Position numbers and translations under genes: made by a program. The notes under the pieces are model-generated. The model did not search any database. It saw nothing but the letters and a program-made list of their open reading frames with translations, and had not been told where the DNA came from. DNA of 32,000 bases from Pyrinomonadaceae bacterium (GTDB lineage Bacteria > Acidobacteriota > Blastocatellia > Pyrinomonadales > Pyrinomonadaceae). The stretch is taken from positions 5,726 to 37,725 of the forward strand of contig JBGAVC010000037.1 in NCBI GenBank assembly GCA_044228265.1, given 5' to 3'. The number at the start of each line of letters is the position of its first letter. The stretch's first letter is position 1. This document shows positions 27,701 to 32,000 of this stretch, piece by piece.

Positions 27701-27796
27701 CGAATGCGTGCCTTCAATTTCGGCAAGATCCCGTCGTGGCACCCCGGAGCGGGCGGCAACCCGTGGATATTTGTGGATGAGATCATCATTAAGTAG
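24626..27796 (+). pseudogene. GH92 alpha-mannosidase with C-terminal CHB_HEX_C-like and discoidin-like domains, broken by about six frameshifts in its 3' third (intact ORF ends at 26815)
   Basis: GH92 motifs VNPFIGTGGHGHTFPGATMPFGMVQLSPDT, GFSHTHLSGT, YTVFSLWDTFRAAHP, GNEPSHHIAYLY, GNEDCGQMSAWYIL. After about 26790 the homologous-looking translation continues only by switching frames:
- AAGVYEVTPGSGVYAFGAPLF...KLNGKPYKK
- AFITYEDMMSGAVLEFTM...ARIYY
- TTDGSDPST
- KSTAFTAPFTIDRTTTVKAIAIDSKGNSSQPVTARF...GGSF
- LQVASPWIWMPDRVEFEVS
- EDGVTFTKAAEIK...WIFVDEIIIK, then stop at 27796. Confidence 0.75.
25737..25831. repeat. 95-nt REPIN-like palindromic element inserted in frame inside the GH92 coding sequence
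   Basis: Perfect 23-nt inverted arms GGAACGCGGACGCCCTCGTCCGC (25737..25759) and GCGGACGAGGGCGTCCGCGTTCC (25809..25831), separated by 49 nt. Each arm is itself a 7-bp hairpin (GCGGACG-CCCT-CGTCCGC). The element encodes an atypical G/R/A-rich segment, SLWNADALVRNEGGARNSPYAGGTGVGGRGRPRSGQ, between the conserved GMDGKVH and YTVFSLWDT blocks. Confidence 0.7.
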
Positions 27797-27803
27797 AGAA
27801 ATA

Positions 27804-27857
27804 GTGTCCGCGGCCCGGCGGCCAAGCACCGTGTCCGCAGCCCGACTGTTAAGGAGG
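27804..27857. repeat. REP-like repeat units upstream of the RAYT-like gene
   Basis: GTGTCCGCGGCCCG (27804..27817) and GTGTCCGCAGCCCGACTGTTAAGGAGG (27831..27857). The second is the near-exact inverse complement of the composite unit downstream of the gene (28480..28522). Confidence 0.6.
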
Positions 27858-27929
27858 CTTTCCCGTTAGAACTGTTCGACTCAAGGTCATTTGAGGGAAC
27901 CTGTTAAAACCGCTCAACTCAAGACCGAC

Positions 27930-28458
27930 ATGAAACGCGACTACATAGAGTTTCAAGAGAGATCCGAGCCTCGCGGTTATTTTTATTTCGATCCGTACAT
28001 ATGGAACCTGGCTGCATGGGGACCGACGAGGTGCGGTAAATCGTCGCTCGTATAACACGGTGGGCATGTCCAAAATGTCGCCAAACAGAAATTTAGAATC
28101 GAGCGACAGAACTAACCTAAAGAACCCGCCAGTGATCCTCGACGCGAAACGCCGAACAGCGGTCGAAAAAGCAATTCGCGAGGTCTGCAAATTTCGCGGC
28201 ATCTGGCTGATCGCAATCAACGTTCGAACGAATCATGTTCACATCGTCATCGGCTCAAGTGGGCGTCCTGAACCGATAATGAATGCCTTTAAAGCTTACG
28301 CAACGAGGAGGCTCAGGCTGGAAGGACTGATCGGCGCCGATACCAAGGTTTGGTCGAGGCATGGAAGTACCAGATATCTATGGACCGAGGAGCATATCGC
28401 GTTGGCTGTGGATTACGTTGTGAACGGTCAGGGCGACGAGTTGCCGAGGTTTGATTAG
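27930..28458 (+). mobile_element. HUH Y1 transposase-like gene (IS200/RAYT-like), interrupted by one frameshift in a T5 run
   Basis: ATG 27930 gives MKRDYIEFQERSEPRGYF. After T-run 27980..27984 the sensible reading continues in the +1 frame: ISIRTYGTWLHGDRRGAVNRRSYNTVGMSKMSPN...AINVRTNHVHIVIGSSG (HUH motif)...VWSRHGSTRYLWTEE (candidate catalytic Tyr)...stop at 28458. The listed ORF 28060..28458 is only the 3' part. Confidence 0.65.
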
Positions 28459-28479
28459 GTCGAATCTGGGTTGGCGGCG

Positions 28480-28522
28480 CCCTCCCTAACGGTCGGGCTG
28501 CCCTCCCTAACGGTGCGGACAC
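28480..28522. repeat. Tandem REP-like units downstream of the RAYT-like gene
   Basis: CCCTCCCTAACGGTCGGGCTG (28480..28500) directly followed by CCCTCCCTAACGGTGCGGACAC (28501..28522). Together they reconstitute CCTCCCTAACGGTCGGGCTGCGGACAC. This is the reverse complement of 27831..27857 apart from two mismatches. Confidence 0.6.
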
Positions 28523-28542
28523 GATCGGGGCGATCGAATATG

Positions 28543-29316
28543 TTACTCGGGTTTAACCTCGCCAATCCTCGCGAGGCCACGTGCGGCCTGCGAGAATTCC
28601 GAAGGTATCAGGACGATCGCCGTTGTGTGGTTCTCGACACCGATCTCGGAGAGCATCTGCATACGGCGAAGCTCGAGCGCGATGGGGCTCTCTTCCATCT
28701 TTTTGGCGCCTTGGGTCAGCTTGATCGAGGCTTCGAGTTCGGCTTCGGCCTTGACGATGCGGGCACGTTTTTCGCGGATCGCCTCGGCCTCGCGGGCCAT
28801 CGCACGCTGCATCGATTCGGGAATTTCGACGTCTTTCATCTCGACCATTTCGATCTTGATGCCCCACGGCTCGGTCGTTGCACCGACCATTGTCTGCAGA
28901 GTCTGATTGATCTTCTCACGATCTCTCAGCACTTCGTCGAGCGATGTCTGTCCGATGATGTTACGCAGAGCGGTGACCGAAAACTGGTAAACGGCCTGGC
29001 CGTAGTTGGCCACCTCAAGGATCGATTTGGAAGCGTCGACGATGCGGAACCACAGAACGGCGTTGACCTTGATGGTGACGCTGTCTTTGGTGATCGTCTC
29101 CTGCTGTTCGAGGTTGACGGTCGTCGTGCGGATGTCGACCTTTTGCTGACGGTCGATGATAGGGATGAGGTAGTAGATACCCGGACCCTTGATGCCGATG
29201 TAACGCCCCAGGCGAAAAACGACGGCCCGCTGGTACTCCTGTGCAATGCGGATACCGGAAAGCAATATAACGACGAAAATGACAAGGATCAACAAAAGCG
29301 GAGGAATGGCTTGCAT
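28543..29316 (-). CDS. SPFH/band-7 (stomatin-like) membrane protein
   Basis: 257 aa. N-terminal TM segment PPLLLILVIFVVILLSGI, then QEYQRAVVFRLGRY...GPGIYYLIPIIDR...TKDSVTIKVNAVLWFRIVD...RNIIGQTSLDEVL...PWGIKIEMVEMKDVEIPESMQRAMA, which is a typical stomatin/PHB core. Confidence 0.9.
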   Translation of the reverse strand: MQAIPPLLLILVIFVVILLSGIRIAQEYQRAVVFRLGRYIGIKGPGIYYLIPIIDRQQKVDIRTTTVNLEQQETITKDSVTIKVNAVLWFRIVDASKSILEVANYGQAVYQFSVTALRNIIGQTSLDEVLRDREKINQTLQTMVGATTEPWGIKIEMVEMKDVEIPESMQRAMAREAEAIREKRARIVKAEAELEASIKLTQGAKKMEESPIALELRRMQMLSEIGVENHTTAIVLIPSEFSQAARGLARIGEVKPE

Positions 29317-29322
29317 ACCCTA

Positions 29323-29350
29323 ACTGTACGCCTAATCGGGCCGCTGTCAA
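29323..29350 (-). promoter_or_regulatory. Candidate sigma70-type promoter with leaderless geometry for the SPFH gene
   Basis: Minus strand: TTGACA (29350..29345), 16-nt spacer, TACAGT (29328..29323), then 6 nt and the ATG at 29316. Confidence 0.4.
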
Positions 29351-29376
29351 TGGCCCATCGGCCTCCGCATAAGACA

Positions 29377-30606
29377 CTATTTTCCGGTCCGCTTAATGTA
29401 TTCGATCGCAGCCTCAAGTTGTGCATCGTGACCGGCCAACAAGCCTTTCCTCGTCAGGCCGATCTCGATGTCCGGCCGAACGCCATTGCCTTCGACTATA
29501 TAGCCTTTTGGCGTGCGCGGCTGGCCGTGAGCGTAGAGCAGTATCGAACCGTCGGGCAGTTTTTCAAGCTCGCCGTCCATGTCGCCGCCCGCGGTTTTGC
29601 GGCCGACGACGACGGCACGGCCCGACGCCTGCATTCCAGCAGAGAACTCTTCGCTCGCAGAACGGCTGAGGTTGTCGACGAGGATGACGACCCTGCCGCG
29701 AAAGGCTGTTTTCATTCCACTGGCTTTGTAGTCAGAAATGTCACCTTTGCGCGTCCTGGTTATCATCAGCACCGTTTCTTTTTCGAAGAACATGCTGGCC
29801 ATCTTGAGCCCCACGCTGTCGTCGCCGCCGCTGTTGCCGCGAAGATCGATGATGATGCCGGGCGCGTCGTTCATCGATTCGATCGTGGAGCGTATCTTAG
29901 GATTGAGGAATTCGAGAAAGTTGCTGAAGAAAAAGTACCCGATGTTGCCCTCAAGCCGTCTGGACTCAAAGAGCCCGTAAAAGCTGACGCCCGCGAGCTT
30001 GCTCTTACTGTCCTCGCCGAGCGGCCGGCGTTCGAGGACGACGTCGCGAGTTTCGTCCCTGTCGTCGAGGTAGGTCAACTTGAGACTTGTGTTCGCCATG
30101 CCGACAAGCTTTTCCTGGGCCTCGGCAAATGTTTTGATGGGAACGCCGTCGACTTTGAGGATCGCAAATCCCGGCTTGATCCCGGCCTGTTCGGCCGAGG
30201 ACCGTTCGAGGACATGTGTTATGACCACGAGCCCGTCAATTTCGCGGTAACCGACGCCGACGATCGCGGGAGCCTGGCGGTATTTGGCCAGAATTTCCGG
30301 CGTGAGGAGATCCATGTGCGAAGTCTTTAGAGTACCGAGCATTTTCGCCATCAAGGCGTAAAATTCCTTGTCCGACGCAGCGGCATTTACCTGCGGTCCA
30401 TACGAGTTGCGAACCGCCTTCCAATCGGTCCCGCCAAAGGTCGGGTCCCAATACTTTTCGTCGACGATCTGCCAGACGCGTTCGAACGTCTTCTGCCTGA
30501 TCTCAGGCGTGAGTGCGTTCTTTTCCTGGCCATATGCAGTAGTGAAGGCAGCCGAAGCTGTGATCAGCAGGAAAATAAACGATCGCAATTTCAGGTTTCG
30601 GAGCAT
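29377..30606 (-). CDS. S41 family peptidase (C-terminal processing / tail-specific protease-like) with PDZ domain
   Basis: Signal peptide MLRNLKLRSFIFLLITASAAFTTAYGQ from ATG 30606. The listed ORF extends 20 codons further, to 30666. Motifs IIDLRGNSGGDDS and SRSASEEFS (catalytic Ser region). PDZ-like GIKPGFAILKVDGVPI. Confidence 0.85.
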   Translation of the reverse strand: MLRNLKLRSFIFLLITASAAFTTAYGQEKNALTPEIRQKTFERVWQIVDEKYWDPTFGGTDWKAVRNSYGPQVNAAASDKEFYALMAKMLGTLKTSHMDLLTPEILAKYRQAPAIVGVGYREIDGLVVITHVLERSSAEQAGIKPGFAILKVDGVPIKTFAEAQEKLVGMANTSLKLTYLDDRDETRDVVLERRPLGEDSKSKLAGVSFYGLFESRRLEGNIGYFFFSNFLEFLNPKIRSTIESMNDAPGIIIDLRGNSGGDDSVGLKMASMFFEKETVLMITRTRKGDISDYKASGMKTAFRGRVVILVDNLSRSASEEFSAGMQASGRAVVVGRKTAGGDMDGELEKLPDGSILLYAHGQPRTPKGYIVEGNGVRPDIEIGLTRKGLLAGHDAQLEAAIEYIKRTGK

Positions 30607-30740
30607 AAGATAGTGGCAGGCCCCGCGCGTTTGACGGCGGAAATAATTAATCTGACCATTTAACACTTGATCGCGTCTAAAAAACCAGTTGGTTCGAAAA
30701 TGACCCTCGTCGATACTACGAAATTTTGAGGTAAGCAGTT

Positions 30741-32000
30741 ATGGATAGACGATATTTTTTGAAGGCAAGCGGCGTCGGGCTCGCCAGTTTTGGTTTTATG
30801 ACCGCGGCACCCGATTTCCTTCACCAATTTGCCACGGCGCAGTCGGCAGCAAAAGGTTACGGTAAGAAGAAGGTCCTGGTCACTATATTTCAGCGCGGCG
30901 CGGTCGACGGCCTCAATGTTGTCGTCCCGCACGGTGAGAGTGAATATTACAACCTGAGGCCGACCATCGCGGTCCCGAAACCGGGACAGACTGACGGTGC
31001 TGTCAATCTCGATGGCTATTTTGGACTTCACCCCTCGATGGCGCCTCTGGAACAGTTTTGGAAAAGCAAACAGCTCGCCATCATCGATGCGGCAGGTTCG
31101 CCGGACAACACGCGATCGCACTTTGACGCACAGGACTATATGGAATCGGGTACGCCGGGCAACAAGGGCACCCGTGACGGTTGGCTCAATCGCGTTCTGC
31201 AAGCCGGCACTTCAAAGGACGATTCGCCATTCCGTGCCGTCTCGATGACGCAGCAGCTTCCACGATCGCTGTACGGCCGGGCTCCGTCGGTCGCCATGAC
31301 CAATCTCGCGGATTTCTCGATCAAGGCCGGCATCTACACACAGAACATGGCGGGCGGTTTTGAGGGCCTGTATCAACAGAACGCCAAAGACAGCCTCGGC
31401 GAGATGGGTAAGGAAACGTTCGAGGCCGTCAATTATCTAAAACAGGCCAATCCGGCCCAGTACAAGCCTGAGAACGGCGCAGTTTATCCGACCAGCCAAC
31501 TCGGACGCTCACTCTCGCAGATCGCCCAACTCATAAAGGCCGGCGTCGGCCTCGAGGTGGCGTTTACCGAAGCCGGCGGCTGGGATACGCACGTGAACGA
31601 GGGCAACGCACGCGGGCAGTTGGCCAATCTGCTACGTGATTTTGCCACGAGCATTGCCGCGTTCGGCACCGATCTCGGCAAACGTATGGACGACGTCGTT
31701 CTGATAACGATGTCCGAATTTGGACGCACCGCCAAAGAGAACGGCTCGCGAGGCACCGACCACGGACACGCCAACGCGATGTTCGTGCTCGGTAATTCGG
31801 TCAAGGGCGGCAAGGTCTACGGCGATTTCCGCGGGCTCAAGAACGCCAATCTCTACGAAGGCCGCGATCTCGACGTCACGACCGACTTTCGCGACGTCTT
31901 TGCCGAGGCCGCCGCAAAACACCTCGGAGCCAAAGACACAAGTAAACTGTTTCCCGGCTACGCGACGAGTTCCGCCAAGTTTAGGGGATATCTGGGTTGA
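30741..32000 (+). CDS. DUF1501 domain protein with twin-arginine signal
   Basis: 419 aa. Tat-type N-terminus MDRRYFLKASGVGLASFG. DUF1501-type blocks GGWDTHVNEG and MSEFGRTAKENGSRGTDHGHAN. RBS GAGG 9 nt upstream. The stop TGA is the last codon of the window. Confidence 0.8.
   Translation: MDRRYFLKASGVGLASFGFMTAAPDFLHQFATAQSAAKGYGKKKVLVTIFQRGAVDGLNVVVPHGESEYYNLRPTIAVPKPGQTDGAVNLDGYFGLHPSMAPLEQFWKSKQLAIIDAAGSPDNTRSHFDAQDYMESGTPGNKGTRDGWLNRVLQAGTSKDDSPFRAVSMTQQLPRSLYGRAPSVAMTNLADFSIKAGIYTQNMAGGFEGLYQQNAKDSLGEMGKETFEAVNYLKQANPAQYKPENGAVYPTSQLGRSLSQIAQLIKAGVGLEVAFTEAGGWDTHVNEGNARGQLANLLRDFATSIAAFGTDLGKRMDDVVLITMSEFGRTAKENGSRGTDHGHANAMFVLGNSVKGGKVYGDFRGLKNANLYEGRDLDVTTDFRDVFAEAAAKHLGAKDTSKLFPGYATSSAKFRGYLG

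Noticed and set aside
28480-28522. Possible CRISPR array (direct repeats with 21-nt period)
   Set aside because: There are only two adjacent copies with no spacers, and the repeats are 14-21 nt. An inverted copy lies on the other side of an HUH gene, so this is a REP-type repeat rather than CRISPR.
28471-30330. 619-aa plus-strand ORF
   Set aside because: Antisense to both the SPFH and S41 peptidase genes, which carry clear family motifs. Its N-terminus (SLTVGLPSLTVRT) is simply the translated REP-like repeat.
30688-30700. tRNA-like GGTTCGAA motif
   Set aside because: The sequence continues as GGTTCGAAAATG rather than GGTTCGAATCC. No acceptor or anticodon stems can be drawn around it, and it lies in a promoter-type spacer.

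Overview
32 kb chromosomal window, roughly 55-60% GC by eye. Gene content and repeat families suggest a soil Acidobacteria-like genome, but that is inference only. No rRNA, tRNA or CRISPR array was seen.

Layout:
- 1-806 (-): partial MreB-like gene, missing from the ORF track.
- 877-2601 (-): FHA-GAF-class III nucleotidyl cyclase, divergent from a NifS-like cysteine desulfurase (2662-3828) and a secreted cystatin-like protein carrying a literal QVVAG motif (3832-4233).
- 4547-4750: DUF1059 protein.
- 4770-7823 (-): very large TPR-GAF-AAA+ sigma54 activator, divergent from a 1166-aa fusion of a GH18-like domain, a CE4 deacetylase and a processive GT2 synthase (8069-11569). A glucose-dehydrogenase-like MDR enzyme follows.
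- 12789-19678: housekeeping block clpS, ileS, lspA, lgt, rluD with two interleaved secreted hypotheticals.
- 19740-20642: methyltransferase.
- 20807-27796: glycan-degradation locus GH20, GH29, GH92.
- 27930-28458: HUH (RAYT/IS200-like) gene flanked by inverted REP-like repeats.
- 28543-30606 (-): SPFH/stomatin protein and an S41 peptidase.
- 30741-32000: Tat-signal DUF1501 protein.

The most unusual structure lies in and around the GH92 gene:
- A 95-nt element with perfect 23-nt inverted arms sits in frame inside its coding sequence.
- A second ~95-nt imperfect palindrome supplies its start codon.
- Six reading-frame breaks cluster in its last ~0.8 kb. A seventh lies in the adjacent RAYT-like gene.
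- No other frameshift is visible in the other long genes of the window.

Other points worth a second look are an intrinsic terminator 7 nt upstream of the ileS start codon, several promoters with leaderless geometry, and the one-polypeptide PNAG-like exopolysaccharide machine. I found no recognisable defence system, toxin-antitoxin pair or secondary-metabolite cluster.
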